Of a DNA stretch of 64,000 bases, positions 25,801 to 40,800 are shown piece after piece. Numbering within the stretch: the stretch's first letter is position 1; each line of letters opens with the position of its first letter. The DNA is taken from NCBI RefSeq assembly GCF_009834535.1, contig NC_045696.1:7318001-7382000 (forward strand). The letters are read 5' to 3'. The position numbers and the translations under genes were made by a program. This stretch comes from Camelus ferus. Its lineage: Eukaryota. The notes below the pieces were generated by a model. That model did no database searches and was not told the origin of the DNA. It worked only from the letters and a program-made list of their open reading frames with translations.

Positions 25801-28800
25801 CGAGAATTCAGTAACATGCCAAGGGCATTGATACAAAAGTGAATATTTGAAATCATGTCTTTTTATTCCCAAGCCCAGAACTCTGTGTGCCTTCTCTAGG
25901 TTTTAATTTTCATCTGTAGGATGGGGCTGATACCTGCTCAGAGGTTTTGTTGTGAGAATGAAATGAGATAACATTTTAAGGCATTTATTACAGGGTCTGA
26001 CCCAAAGTAGGGGCTTCAGTGGGGATGGTGGTGGTCCTTACACTTTTCTGTGATGTCAGTTCCCACTCAGAATTGCTCCGCCTGCCTTGATGTAAATCAT
26101 GTTGTTCGTACACCTTACAGATGGCACCGTAAGTGCTGGTCATCTGCTGTGCAGATGGTTGGATGTCTCTCCGTGGTGGACCTGGAGGAGGGGGATGCAG
26201 TCACCCACGAGAGCAGACAGAGATTATACAGCATTTTGGGCACTGAAAGCTGGGTGTGGTTTTGTTATTTCTGTGTACTTCTTGCTTGGTGCAGTAGATG
26301 TGTTCCTGAACCAAACGTTTGACTCACATTGTAAATTATGCTTTATTTTCAGTGTAACAGAGAAGCTTATTGGTTAAAAGAACCTTGCAGTAAATCTTTT
26401 TGTAAAGTAAATATAGTTCATTTGTTTTTATAAGTTCATAATGGTTTACATTCTGAAATCCTGGCACAGGTACTCATGAAATTGACGCTGTTGAATATTA
26501 CGGTGTGAAAAGCATAAATGGGAGATTTTCTGTCCAGCGTGGCCAGGTTTCAGAGATGAGGGATTTATGCACAGTGGGCTGGTTACTCTTACCACGAGAA
26601 CTTCTAGATTTATGTTTTGTCTTATTTGGCTTTCATGTAATTTCTAGTTTAAAAAAAAAAGAGATTAAAGTGGAAAAATCCTTTATATGCCAGTTTATTA
26701 TTATGAAGAAAAATTGCAAAGTTAGAATGGTATGAAAAAAAGAAGCCTAACTGTCCTACTTTGTTCTGCTGGATTCTTGCTCCATGAGTGGTCAGTTACC
26801 ATGAGTGCTGGTGCAAATACTTGGGGTAGAACTTTCAGCTGGAAGAGATCTCAAGATAATCTTGTGGGAGGAACGAACCCTCTAAGGAACGCAGTGATCT
26901 AAACGTTAAGTGGGCCTTTTTTCTCACCAATAATCTAATACTCCTGAGAAGGCTGGTGTCCTCAGTCATAGCCCGACCCTGTATAATGCATGATGGTGTA
27001 TTTTCAGAATCACCCAAGGCTGGTGGGACCCTGGGATGCAGTCAGTGTCCACGCAGTTCTGTTAGGTGTTTGTGGCGGCGGATTCTGCACTGGCCTGAGC
27101 ATTAGCGAGGCCTGCCTGGCCGCTGTGGGCGGGTCGATTTCTAGACTCTGAAGCAGCTGGACAAGTCTCAGCCTGTCACCAGCACCCCTGAGACTGCCCT
27201 CCCCCCGCAGGCTGCTCTGACTCTGGCAGGATGCTTTCCTCTTGGTGCCCAGTCCCCAGCCCGGACCTCCTGACCTTGCATCGCCCTGGGTTCAGCCTGG
27301 ACAGCCAGCCATGCCCTCTCTGTGGGCTGAAATCTGCAGTCTTTGACTGCCCCCCTGTCCCTGCAGTGATTGTCCAGTGGTTGTCCCCCAGTGCCGCATT
27401 CCTGGCTGTGCTGCTCACAGGCTGGAGAGTTAGCAGCATGCGGGCAGGTTTGGGGGAGATGGTTCCCCATCTCTGCACCTTCCCCACAACTGCCCCAGCC
27501 TGTGGGCAGAGCCCAGCCAGTCCCTTCTATAGATGTTCTGTCTAGCTCACCCTCCTTAGAGAGGGTCCTGGCTCTCAGCCTGCCCCGAGGTTCATCCTGC
27601 TGTCCTGCCTACCTGCCTCCCTGGTCCCGCTCCTCCCAGGCCCCAGCTCCCCACTGTCCCTGCACCTCTGCTCACGTGTACTCCCTGGTCCCCATGCTTT
27701 CCCGTGCACCCTCTCAGCACAGCGGGCTCCAGAGAAGTTGTAAGTTGAGGCCACTTTTCCCTTTGGTCTCCATTTTCATCTCAGCTACGCTTTGGGAGTT
27801 TTTAACCCCCAGCTCTGAACATTTCTTCATTTCATTCAGAGATTTTAATCAGGTCATTGTTACATATAAATGCAGTTCATTTGCTGGACACAAATTGTGA
27901 CCCCACCCCCACTCCCAGTTCGTGTTCTAGGCTTCATCTTCTGTTGGAAGAACAGATGTAGTCATGAGCCACGGACCAGGTGGGCTGACCTGCCTCCCCT
28001 CCTGGTGGGCTCACGAAGGCCTGTTTCAGAAGAGCATTATTAGCAAATCAGTGACCACCGGTGTTGTGCCAGCAGGAAAAGCACAACATTCCACATCTTG
28101 GAAATGAACTTGGGCCTATTTGGATGGAGGGTTTAAGGAGAGGTCAGTTGATGCAGTGACTTGCTTCAGGTCCGTCCCGATCCCTGCATGGGGACCTTCA
28201 ACCCAGTGTTGTGCACCATTGCGTGTTGTGCACTGTTACTCAAGGGTTGTGGGGTCCTGGCTCTTTTCAGATACTTTTCCAGACAGACACAAGCAAGTAA
28301 AGATACAATTTTTGTGCAATACTTTTTGTGAAGTGAATTCCTGTCAATTTCAAGTATTGTCCTCTCTCTGCACACGAGACTTTCTGGACGTGTTTATATG
28401 ATGAGCAGCTTTTAAAAAGATGGCCTTGGTCTTTTTTGTCTGTATGAAGAGACAGTCTCTCACTTGTAGACAGAAGAAAATTCAGGCTCAGAAATGATGC
28501 CTTTCTCAAGGTAATGGAAATTGTATCTTATCTTTCATCTCACAAACTACAGTGAATGTTTCCTCATAAACAGCTCAAGAAAATGAACAACATTGTTTAG
28601 GATAGATTCCACCTCCCCCCCAGATTCTAAGCAATGAGATTAATTAAGTGAAATCTTATAAAGCATTTTAATATATTTTTTAAAATAACTATAAAATCTA
28701 TTACAATAGTTTGTTTTATAAGCAGGTAAAAGTAGAGCTTTTTCATTTCAAGTGATCCCCCCGCCCCCTGCCCTCCCTGACTCTTCCTCAAATCCCAAAG

Positions 28801-31800
28801 TGGCTGCAGAGGCATCTGCACACACCTAGGGCCCAGTGGTTCATGGTTTGAAAAGTACTAGCTATAGGATGTATTGACCAGCCAGAGCCAACAAGGTTGA
28901 AGTTTTTTTTATGTCAAATCATTTTATTTTGTTTTATGCCAAAACTTATAGGCCCTACTATTAACTTTCAGATATAATGCAGTGCATACAACCACTTTAA
29001 AACATTTTGCTTATATTTCTTTTGTATACTGGAGAATTTAAGTCCAAAATGGTGGCCTCCTACTCCATACAGGTTATAGACCCACCATCCACGATTACCA
29101 AGAATTAACTCTGGACTGACTCTCCTTGGTTAGTTGTATGCCAGTTTCCTTCTTAAAACCTGCTTACCTGGGGTTCTTGGGCCAGTAGAGCCAGCAGAAA
29201 CTGGTGGGGTCTGTCCAGCCTTCCCTGTTGTTCTCCTCCTGGTGTTTAAACTCACCCTGGGAAGGGCAGTATGAGATTGTCAGTATCCTTGGGCTCTTGA
29301 TGGGAACCTATACCTGATTTAGCTGTTCTGACCTTGGATTTCTGATGCTCAGGAAGAGCTTGCCCTGGAGGAGATGTGAGGGTTACACCCGCTGTCCTCC
29401 TCAATGCCGGGCAGATTCCTGTGGTGTGTGATGTTGGCACATGTGCTTTCTAATAATGCTCAGTTCCATTAATCCTCACTACCCTGCCCCCAATGATGAT
29501 ATTTTTATTTATGCTTACGCTTTACTGTCACACACCAGGCATGAAGTCAGCCAAAAACTGGCCCTTCCTTTGTTTTATCAGAAAAGACCATTTCCCATAA
29601 TCTTTGGGAAAGGAACAAAAGTCCCATGAATGGAAAAGTAAAGGCTAGACGGGGAGAAATTCCCCTCTTCAATAATAATCAGAAAAAAATAAACTTTTTA
29701 AAATTAAAAAAAATGATATAATAGTGTTAATTTGACCATCTGTTTGGATCTTTTTAAAAAGTTTCTATTTGTTTTGTTCATTAAAAAAAAGGTTTTAACT
29801 TGCTAAGAACCTTCAAGTGATAGGAAGGAGTATCAGGTGAGAAGTAGCACTCTCTGTCCCCGCTTCCCTGCTCCACGTGTCCTCCCCAGGATTAACGCTC
29901 CCCACTCCCAGCCTCCTGGGCAGGGGGCCCGGCAGCCTCTGAGCCAGCTGGAGCAGGGAGGCCACACCTATGCTGGGCTCTTCTGCCAGCTCCTGCTTTG
30001 GTCCGTGGCCTCGTTTGCTATAGGACTCACCGCTTGCCCTCTGTTCCTGGAGTCTGCCTGTGCCTTGGATTTGGATGACAGACTTGTTCTCACTCATACC
30101 TGAGTTCACTCTGGTTGGGATTCAGTTTGTTGGCCGTAGTTCATTATGTAAATGTGGGCTGGCTACTTCCAAGCCTTTTCTTTGGCCAACTGCTTGTGTT
30201 CCACGGTCATTTCTTTGGCCTACAATGAGGCCACCTCCCAGACACCCGCCGCGTCGCAGCTCTCCTAAACTCTTGGGTTAGAGTCCGGAGTCTAGTTCTT
30301 CCAAACGAGTGTCCACGCTTTAAAGTTTCTATGAGTTTTAATGTTATTGAAATCTGAAATCCGGTAATCTCTACTGATTCATAATTTTGCTAATATGTGG
30401 TATCTAACCCCTGAAACCACAGAGCACACTGAGATTTGATTTTAATATTCCTGCCCTAAAGACTTCATATTTACTTCTATTAATTTTTACTTTTTGTGGC
30501 TAGTATTGGCTATCTCATTTTGTCCCTTTCTTCTAAACTTTTATTCAGTGGTTCAGATTTCTTTTCCAGACCCTCAAGAAAATTCCAGAACTAGACATTT
30601 CAGAGGTATCTCCATCAGACAGTAGCTGTGATTTTTGTCAGCCCATTTTACTGACTATTTAGACCTGTACACTTAGAAGAAGCCGGCTGTGTTTTTACAC
30701 TTAGAAGAAGCCGGCTGCGTTTTGCAGTGTTAGCACAGCATCAGAATGCAGTACTAAGACGCGAGCCCCCTGAGGGCAGGGGCTTTGCCTCTTGTTCACT
30801 GTCTTATCCCCAGTGCCTGAAACAGTATCTGATGCATGGTAGGTAGGCATGGCAAAACATTTGTCAAATGAGGGATGATATTATTTCTGCTGTTTTAGCA
30901 GGAAATATGTAAGCCACACAAATTAGTATCTCTGTATCTTCATACAGTTCCATTGCTAACGACCAGTTTTTTACTTAAATATTAATCACTTTTAGAACAT
31001 GATCCTGTTGTCGAGAAGGTAGGGTATGGCTTTCTATACTTGATTGTCTTTGTGGTTTCTTACTTGAGATGTATCACACGCAGTTGAACATGTGGAGTTT
31101 TCAGTGTAGAGTTCTCTGAGACCTTAACCATCGTCATAATCAAGATATGGAAGAGTTCTGTCATTCCCCCAAATACCCCTGTGTCCTTTGTCCTCAGCCT
31201 CTTCTCCCCACCCCCAGACGGATAGACACTGATCTGCTTTTAGTCCCTGTAGTCAGCCTTTTGCAGAATGTCACATATATGGCATAAATAAGATTTGATT
31301 CACAGCCCTTTGAATCTGGCCTTATCACAGAGCATAATGCTTTTGAGATTTGTTCACGTCAATGTGTTATCAGTAGTTTGTTCCTTTTAGTTGCTTGGTT
31401 GTCTTCCCTTGTGTGGATGCACCACCGTTCATCCATTCCCCTGTTGAGGGACACTTGGGTGATGATGAATAAAGTTACAAGGAACATTTGCGTGCAGATT
31501 TTTGTGTGAACATAATCTTTCATTTCATCTGAGTAAAATCTAGGAGTGGGATTTCTTGACAGCATTGTCCTGGTGTCAGTGATAGATTGGAGATGATGCA
31601 CCTTTTCAAGATTCTCTTTTCTGGAACCTTAGTAAACACCACACAATATTGGCCCATTACTTCATATGTGGAGAAATATCCAGTGATTCCTTATTCTGTT
31701 TTCAAACAAGGCGGAAGACAGTTGTTCCACAGGGTAGTGGAGATGGGGATACCTAACACATTGAAGTCTCTTTAATGTTTCTGATTCCCCTTTTCCCACC

Positions 31801-34800
31801 AGCATGGGTGTCTAAGTGCTACTAAGAAGGACTAGAGTGTTCCAACAAGCAGTTAATGGTCCAGCTCCTGTTCTCCCGCCTGGCCCGGTGATTTACCTTG
31901 TGATTTCTTTTCTGTGTTACTTAACTCCTTGACGCGTTTGATTCCCTGTCAGTAAATGAAAGGGTGGCTCACTCTTGGCGTAGAGAACCTCTAGACCATG
32001 TGTGGTGTTAAGAGTCCTGCAGGGTTCTGAGGGTAGCGCTGAAATGTTAGCAAGGGAGGGCTTGTTCAGCTACGCAGAGGACTCTTGGGGATAATGATGG
32101 CTATCGAGGCTCCTCAGTGCTTCTGGGACCATCAGAAAGGAAAGATGCTGCAGAGAGAGCGGCTGAGGCATTGACTCAGAGGCTCCTACTTCCCTAGCAG
32201 TCGTGTTCAAGTCCAAAGTTAGAGATAATCCCAAGAAGTGTGACTCTGCCTTACATCCTTTAGATCTTCTCCCCAGCAAGACCACTAAGCCCTCGGGTTG
32301 TCAGCATTTGAGGGGCTTAGAACTTTGTCCATTTAGGTGTGGAGGCCACCCATCCTGGGATTTATCTTATTTTAAAACTGATTTCTTATGTGACTAGTCA
32401 CAGATGGTTCACAATTCATGAGTTTCAAAATGGATGTGTCTACCCCCCACTGTCCATCAAGGTCCCCTCCCTTGGGGCCATTGAAAGCTCTCAATTTCTT
32501 GTGATTCCTGCCAAAGATACTTTATGCATATACAAGTTAATATGTACAAATGGTCTTTTTCTCCCCCTTTTTTCCAAAGTGGTGCAGTATCCAGCCTTTA
32601 AAAAAAAAAAAAAAGCGTATATGTACTAATGTAAATGAATGATCGCCAAGATATTGTTAAAGGGAAAACCCACCACTTTCCTAGTCACTTTAGTGAGCAA
32701 ATATACCTGAGGAAAATTCCTCCAAGTGGAACTGCTGGGCCTGGGTGTTTGTAAAATGTTTTCGGTGTTGCCAGATGGCCCTGGGAGGTTGTGGCATTCT
32801 CAGCGTCCCCCAGCAATGGGTGAGAGTGCCAGTTGCCCCTTCCCTACCATAACATGATCATATGTTTTGATCTTATGCTAATCTGATAGGTGGAAAATGG
32901 TACTTAGGATGGTTTTAATGATCATTTCTCATGTTACTGTTAAGACTGAGCCTTTTCTCATGGGCTTAGGAGCCGTTTGCATTTCCTTTTCCGTGAAGTG
33001 TTCACATCAGTTTTCCTACTAGGTTGTTTGAGTGGCTTTTTTCATTTATTCTTTAGGAGTTCTCAAGATACTGGAGAAATTAGCCTTTTGCCTGTTATAT
33101 TAAGTTGCATTCTTTCCCTAGTTTACCATTTATGTAGGTGAAGTTGCTCATCATCACGTTTATGTAACAAACTGGTTTTGGTTTTATTTATAGTCCTATT
33201 TATTCTGACTTTTGAATCATTCTTAGAAAGGCTTTCCCCACTTTGATATGATAAAAATCATTCTCCGTGGTTTCTTCTAAGATTTTGATTGTTTGATTTT
33301 TACATTTAGGTCTTTGATGCATTTAGTGCTTTAAATTTTTTTTTATTTATTTATTTGTTGGGGGAGGTATTTAGGTTTACTAATTTTTTTTTAGAGGAGG
33401 TGCAGGGAATTGAACCCAGGACCTTGTGTATACTGAGCATGTGCTCTACCACTTGAGATATACCACCCCGCCCCCTATTTAGTGCTTTTTGTGTACAAAG
33501 GTTTGCAGTATGAATCCAGCTTAATTTTTTTATTTTATTTTATTTATTTATTTTTTTTAACCAGTTCTCTTCTGACCAGTTTTTTCCCCCAGATCTCTGG
33601 CTGGTTTTCCAGCATTTAGTGAATTTTCCACCTTTTCCCTCTGGATTTAAAATGCTACCTTTATCATCTCTTAAATTCCCAGACTCTGGGTCTGTTTCTG
33701 GAGTTTCCATCCTGTTCTATTGATCTTTCAGCCCATACATGCCCTGCACACACTTCATAAGTTACTGTGGTGGTGTGATGTCTCATAGGGCTAGTCCCCC
33801 TCATTTCTCTTCATTTCAGAGTCTATTATTCCAGAAGGATTTTAAAATCTGCTTGTCTGTCTCATCCCACTCCACCTCTAAAAACATGCACACACATAAT
33901 TCTGATGTTGTTTTCTTTGGATTCTGTTGCCTTTATAGACTGACAGGGAAAGACTGACAAGTTAAGGGTGTTAAAACTTCCTGTTCAAAAACATGGTACA
34001 GCTTTCCATGTGTTTCTTTTGTGCCCTTCAGCTTAGTTTTCATCTTATCAGGGTTTTAGACATTTCCTGTTAAGTTGATTTATAATATTCTAACTTTTTG
34101 TTGTTTTGGAAATAAAGTATTTTTCTTCCAGCGTATCTTTTTGATGGCCGTTGTGTTCATGTTGCCTTGTTGATTTCTGTGTGATAGTTTTGTACCCCGC
34201 TGTTTTCCTTCCTGAAATTCTCTTTGTGTTGATAGTTCTCAGTAAACTGTCTTGGGTTCCTCGGGCATGCAGTCATGTCGTCTATAAATAATGATAGTTT
34301 TACCTTCATATCAATTCTTACCCTTCCTTCCGTTCCTGGTTTGATTGCATTAACTAGTACTTGTAGTGCGTTAACAGTGGTGATGGTGGTCGTCCTTGTT
34401 TTACTCCTAACTTAAATGGGTTGTATCTCATTTCCCATTAGGTTTGATGCTGACTTCAGGGTAAGGAAATACCCTTCTATTTGTATTTTACTAGGAATTT
34501 TGTCAATAAATTTTAGCAAGTGACTTTTCAGCATCTATGGAGATGACTGTACGATTTTTCTCTGTAGAGCTATTAATGTAGTGAATTGTATTAATAGTTT
34601 TCCTCAGCGATTGAGCTATCCATATATTCCTGGACTCAATCCTACATAGTTATGGTATAATCATTCCTTTAAGTTGCTTCTGGATTGTAGTGCTAACATT
34701 TTATTTAGGACTTTTGTGTTGTTATTTATAAGTTAGAAAAATCTAGTTTTCTGTGTGTATGGGGGGTGTGTGTGTAGATTTTGTCATACTTTGGTGTTGT

Positions 34801-37800
34801 TATGTTTGCTTAATTTTCTTTTAAAGAAATTCTTTCCTTTTCTGTGTTTTGGAGTAGTTTAATGTTGGAGTTTTCTGTATTTTACACATTTGGGTGTGAG
34901 CTGTGAAACTCTCTGGGCCTGGTGCTTTGGAGGGGTTTATATTATAACTTCCTCTGTTTTTTTCTGTGGTGATTGATTTGCTTAGGTTTCCTGTCTCCTT
35001 TGGAGTTAGTATGGGTAAATTATAATTTCCTAGAAAAATAATTGACTTTACCAACTTTTCAGATTTGCTTATGTGCACTTAATGTGTTCTCTAATCATTA
35101 TTTAAATTACTGTCTCTTTGATATCTCTCATTTCTTGATTAGAATAATTTGCTTTGCTATTTTTTTTCCTAAAGAAAGACCTGTTGGGCTTATTTACAGA
35201 CTAACTTGGTCAATTTTTGTGAATATACCATGGACATTACAAAGACTGTATTCTCCATTTTCAGGGTGTAGAGTTCAGCCTGTTGTGTGTAGAGTTCATT
35301 TAGTTATGCCTTATTGATGTGTCACCTCGGTGCCGTATATTTTTTCTTCTTTTTGTCCTCTCCATTGTCATGAGCTCAAGGGGGTAAATTAACACCTCCC
35401 ACAATGAATGTGTGTTACTCAGTTTTCTCTTTGTATCCCCTGTAGTTTCTGCTTTGAGTGTTGATGCTGTGTTATTTGATCCTCGGACAGTGATGCCACA
35501 CGTCTCTACAGTGAGCTGCGCCCTCTAGAACCATGCAGTGCCCTTCTCTGTCTTGTTTAATCCTTCCTTCTCTGAACTCTGCCTTGTCAAATATTAAGAT
35601 TACAACCCACGATTTAGGTCTTCCATTTGCTTATCCTTCCTTCTTCAGCCTTTCCAAATCCACCCTCACCCCTGCTGTTTTTAGGGGCTTCTCTGTCGTA
35701 CAGCATAAAGTTGGGTTTTACTTTGAGCTATAATCTGAGTGTCTGTTTTTTAATAGATGTTAGTTTAGCCCATTTATTCATGAGACATGTTTGGCATTAG
35801 TTCTGTCATTGCTGCTTTGCAGCCATTTGGGGGAATTGTTTTTAAGTAGCTTTTAAACCAGCTTCCTCTCTATAGCCTTATTTTCTTTGTATGATTTTCT
35901 AATAATTTGGAGTTTTATTTGTTATAATTGTTACCCATAAAGGTTTTTATTGTACCCTCAATCTTCTGTTTTAGAGGTTATTTATTAATTCTCTACTGTG
36001 AGCAATGATGAAATCAGTATATTTCCTCTTCTTTCTTTCTCCCTGCTCTTCTACCAACTGACCTTAGTTATTTACAGATATTACCTTTGTTGGTGTTTAC
36101 CTTTGTTGACTTTATTTGTACTATGTTATTTGACTTACTAACTTTAAACCAGGACTGGTCACATCTCTGTGATGATATGAATGTGCTGTTTATCTGCCCT
36201 GTCCATTATGATAGCCACTAGCCGTACGGTGGCTTTTAAGCACTTGAAGTGTGGCTAGTGCAACTGAGGACCTGAACTTTAAATTTTATTTAGTTTCTAC
36301 ACTGTCAGGACTTGTATTTTGCATCCTGCTCTCTCACCATAATCATCACTTATCTCTTAGTCTTATTCTTACAGTTAAATGGATTCCATCCTCACGGTTG
36401 GTTCTTTTGACGCAGTGTTTCTCTCCATCCCTTGAAGAGTGATAGTTCACTATCTACTAAATTCTTCAAGGGGGCTTTTCATACTGTGCTTCTTCTGGTT
36501 TTGTTTGTTTGCTTTTGTACACTTAAAACTTCTTTTACATGTGAGTGATTGTTTATGTAGGTATAAAATTCTAGGATCACACTTTGTTTCCTTGAGCATC
36601 CTAATGGGTATTGCTGTAGTTTCATTTTGAATTGCATTTTGCCATGAAGAAGTCTGATTTTTTTCCCTCTCTTATAAGTGTCTTTTCCTTTCCCTGACTC
36701 CTAAAGTATTCTTTCTTTTTTTAAGTAGGATAATTTTACTTGAGTCTTTTTCTTAACCATTCCTAATTCATTTGCTCTTTCAGTATTTGAAAATTACATC
36801 AGTAAATATTTGTTGTGTTCTGTTGTTTCAGTTTTCTTTATGGGAACTTCATTATGCTTATGTTCGGTGTTCCTCATTGTCTCTCATATTTATCATTTTT
36901 TGGTGATTCTTTTTAATTCATTCTTAAATTTTCACCTGATTTGTTTCAGTTTTCTCATTTTTGTCCTGTATATATTTTGAGCCTCTTTCAGTTTTACCTC
37001 CTTTTCTGTGATGGTTTTGTTTTATTTTTTTCCTTCCACTTCTTTTCTGAGCTTTCCTTATATTTTTTTTTATCTCTTTCTGTTGCCTCATCATTTCATC
37101 ATCCCTGAGCTCTTATAGCTCTGTTTTGTGTTCATCCTTTATAAAGGCAGTTGCTTCATTACACTTTAAAAATACACAGTGAGATGCACGTTCACAATTT
37201 TCATCTGCTTGATGGTGCTGTTTTTTCTGGTGAGTAATCATTTATTCATTCAGTAAGCATCGAGCTCCTACTCCTGCAGTCACTCTACCCACGTGGCATT
37301 AACATCTTGGAGAACAGGTGATAAAACAGGTAAGTACTTATGTAGGATTTTAGAAGATGACAGATGGTACAGAGCAAAGTCAGGGAGTGGGGATAAATGA
37401 GTGCTGTGGAGGGGTTGAATAGGAATGGTCCAGGGAGGCCTCACAGAAATGCCACTTGGATTTCTCTCTCTCCTTTCCACACCTCCTTTTAAGTCTGTTA
37501 TGTGTCCTGGGCTCCTCTGCTGGTTCTTTCACTATCTTCTTGTAGAAGATGAATTTATGCTGAGACCAAGCGGGCTGAGGTTTTATGTGAGTTTCTGTAA
37601 CCTTTACCCCCTGCTCCCCACATGAGAGAGGCAGCTGGGAGGTTGTTACAGTTCCTGCTGCCCTGTGGGGTGCATTTGGGGGATTCCTCCCTGGGGCTGC
37701 CTCGTTTCATCTCTTGACCACGGTCTCCCTGCTCAGTCTTCACTCCACTTATCTCACAGTATTTAACTCTCTCCTTATTTCGCCAAAAATGCAGTTTGTG

Positions 37801-40800
37801 GTTTTGTGTCTTGTTCTTTTGGATGATTTCCAGGAGGCTGAGTAGGGGGATGCTGTCTCGGCGCCACCATCCTCAAACCCAGAGTCCCGATTATGGGTTT
37901 TGCATTTAAGTCCAGAGAACAGTGAATAAAACAGTTGTGGAGTTTGCTAGGAGCCTTTTAGGTCTAGAGAAGACAAAGAAGTCAGAGTTAGAAACCACAG
38001 TCTCCTCCCATCCTTGGGACACACTCGGTGGCGGTTTCTGCCAGGAAAGCCACACGGCTGGAGGACGGGGAGACCGGGAGCCCTGGCGTGCCTTCTCCCA
38101 GCCTCCTCTTTCAGTTTGTGTTTGAAGATGCCGCTCCAGCCCTCCCTCTGGATTTGACTCCTCCAGGCCGAGACCCAGGCGGACCTGCAGCCAGCTCTGT
38201 GCGGTGCTCCCCTTGGATGCATCCCCACCTAGGGCTCAGCTGAATTTTCAGGATGCTGGTGGGATCCAAGGCGACATGGAGGTCTGCTGGGTTGTGTCTG
38301 CTCCTTGCACTCGAGTGTGGGGCCTGTGTGTCTTGTCATCTGTGATTCTCAACCTTTCTCAGGGCCAGGCTTCTTGGTGACATGACAAAAGCAGTGGCTC
38401 TCCTCGCTCAAACTCAGCACACATTGTATACCACGTCCCTGATTCGTTGCCATCCTGACATCCAGGAGCGGCCCCTCTTTGAAATCGTGGCCCTCAGTGA
38501 GGGACCCCAGCTTATCAGGTGGAGGTGTCAGTGAGGCATCCTCACTCTCCAGCCCTGATCTTCTTATCTCCCTGCTGAGCCTTCCAGACAGAAGTCTGAG
38601 CTGGAAGTTCTTGGTGAGGTCTTGGGTTCTCCTTAATTTCAGTTATTCAAGTTATTCTGTCCTCCTTTCCTGGGATTGATCCAGAATTGCCTGGTACACC
38701 TAAAACTGATACAGTGTTGTATGCCGATTATATCTCAATTTAAAAAAAAGAAACAAGAAGTGTCTGTTTTCTCGCTACCATGGATATCAATTCTTTGTTG
38801 AAATATCATCTGTTTCCAAAATTCTCGGCTCCTTGGGCTATACTTGGACTAATTCTTTTGTCCTTTTGTTGGTAGGAGTAGAATGGACCTGTATATTGTT
38901 AGTATGCCAAATTTATCTGCAAATATTTTGTTAATCTTCTTTCTTAATTAAACCCAAAGAATAAAAGAGTCATAAAATATTTGCTCTGCCTGTTTCCAAG
39001 GTATTTCACCGCTTTTTCCTTCTTTTTTTTTTATTGAGTTATAGTCAGTTTACAATGTTGTGTCAATTTCTGGTATACAGCACAGTTTTTCAGTCATGTG
39101 TGGATATATAAATATTCATTTTCATATTCTTTTTCCCCACGAGCTATGCTTTTTCCTTCTTATGCTGTAGGGATTAAGGAAGGGAACAGTTTTATGGATG
39201 TCATGATTATAATATGCTTCTCAGTGGTCAGCCCAGATCCTGTTCCCATGAGAGTAACTGAAAATGTTATGGTTAAATAGAAGCACAATTACCCTCAAGC
39301 GCCATTGTGTTGTTTATTTGATAAAGTTCATGAAGTTGTTTTGTCTAATTTTAATTTTGGGACGTTCTAGTCAAGTATGTTTTTAAAAATATACAAGTAG
39401 TTTTAAATTTTTAAAAATTAATTTTTATTTCATTGAGGTTGTACAAAAATTAATTAATTTTAATTAAATTTAAAAGTTAAATTAGTATTTCAGAGGAGTT
39501 TTCATTTAAATTTGCTTATGAGCTTTTTATGTTAAGAACAAAGGAGTTGTGCTCCTAGAATTCTGCTTAAAATTGAGCTAATAATGTTTGTTTTAGTTTA
39601 GACTTTAGAACTTTGAGGTGGGGAGTGGGAAACAAAAGCAAAATACATAGCATGTTTAAGGGAGAATATTCCCTGCTCCCCAAATTTTGCATAATATGAG
39701 AAGTCTGTGAACATTTTTTCACTAGATAACTAGAGGAAATAAAAGGTAAAAACATTTAAACACCAAAAGGACAGAATTTTTTCATGCTTTGATTAGCTGA
39801 CCACTTAATTTTTGCCAGTTTTTTTTTCTTTCTTTCTTTTTTTCGGTCAGCAGTTTTCTGCCATCACATTGTGACAGCAGTCACGTGCTGTTTCTGAAGG
39901 TCGTTTCAGAAACACGTTGCTTTGTGTTTATTGTGGATTCTCTTTCTGCTCTGGTTGGTGCTGGTTCATCTCGCCTTCCAGCCCTGCCCAGACCCTTGTC
40001 GCAAACTGAGGCTCTTGGGTTCCACAGGGTCAGGAGGGAGCTGTCATCCAGGAATGAATGGGGTCCGTGTCCATATTCTGTTACTCAGTAATTATCTCCA
40101 GAGAAGTGAATGGATGGTATGCTGTGAAGTCTTTCTTACATGATTTATGAACTAGGGAAGTCTGGGCTCGACTGACCACCAGCGTGAAGCAGGACCCAGA
40201 GGGACCCAGGAGGCCTTAGTGACGGTGCTGCGTGCCCGTGGGGTGTGACATCCATGACCCCCAGCCCTCCCGGGAGGCTTTTTGGGCAGAGGACACCGGC
40301 CAGCAGTTGTGTTCAATTACTCATGCCTTTGACAGCGTGTGGTCATCTCAGTCTGTCAGCGTGATTGAGAGAGAACTTAAAGAAAAGGTTTCATTGTATC
40401 ACATTCCTTCTGCGGGATCATCACACTCGCCCCTGCTGTATGCGGCTCGGACTGCCATTCCGCCCAGGCCCTTGTCTGTGTGCTTTTGAAATCAGACATT
40501 TGTTCGGATTCTCCAGCGGGAATGAAGATGTGTCTGGAAGGCAGGGATAGGATGAGACTCTTTGCCCGCTCTCCCACTCCTGGGCCCCGCAGTGGCCATG
40601 TCTTCTCCATCCTGGCATCCAGGCGTCTGGTCTGTAAGAAGCGCTCAGTGAATATCTGCATCTTTGGAAGAATTGATGGTTATGGAGGCTTACTTTGAGG
40701 TGAACCAGGTTAATGAAAGAGACGTGCTAACTTGACCGGTGTTGTCTCCTCTCCCCTAGGAAATGCTCTCCGGGGTGGTGGTCATCTCTGGGAAGGATGC

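Noticed and set aside
27168..27900. Cluster of 100-176-aa ORFs in intron 1
   Set aside because: ORFs on both strands of GC-rich, L2-like sequence with no homology recognised.
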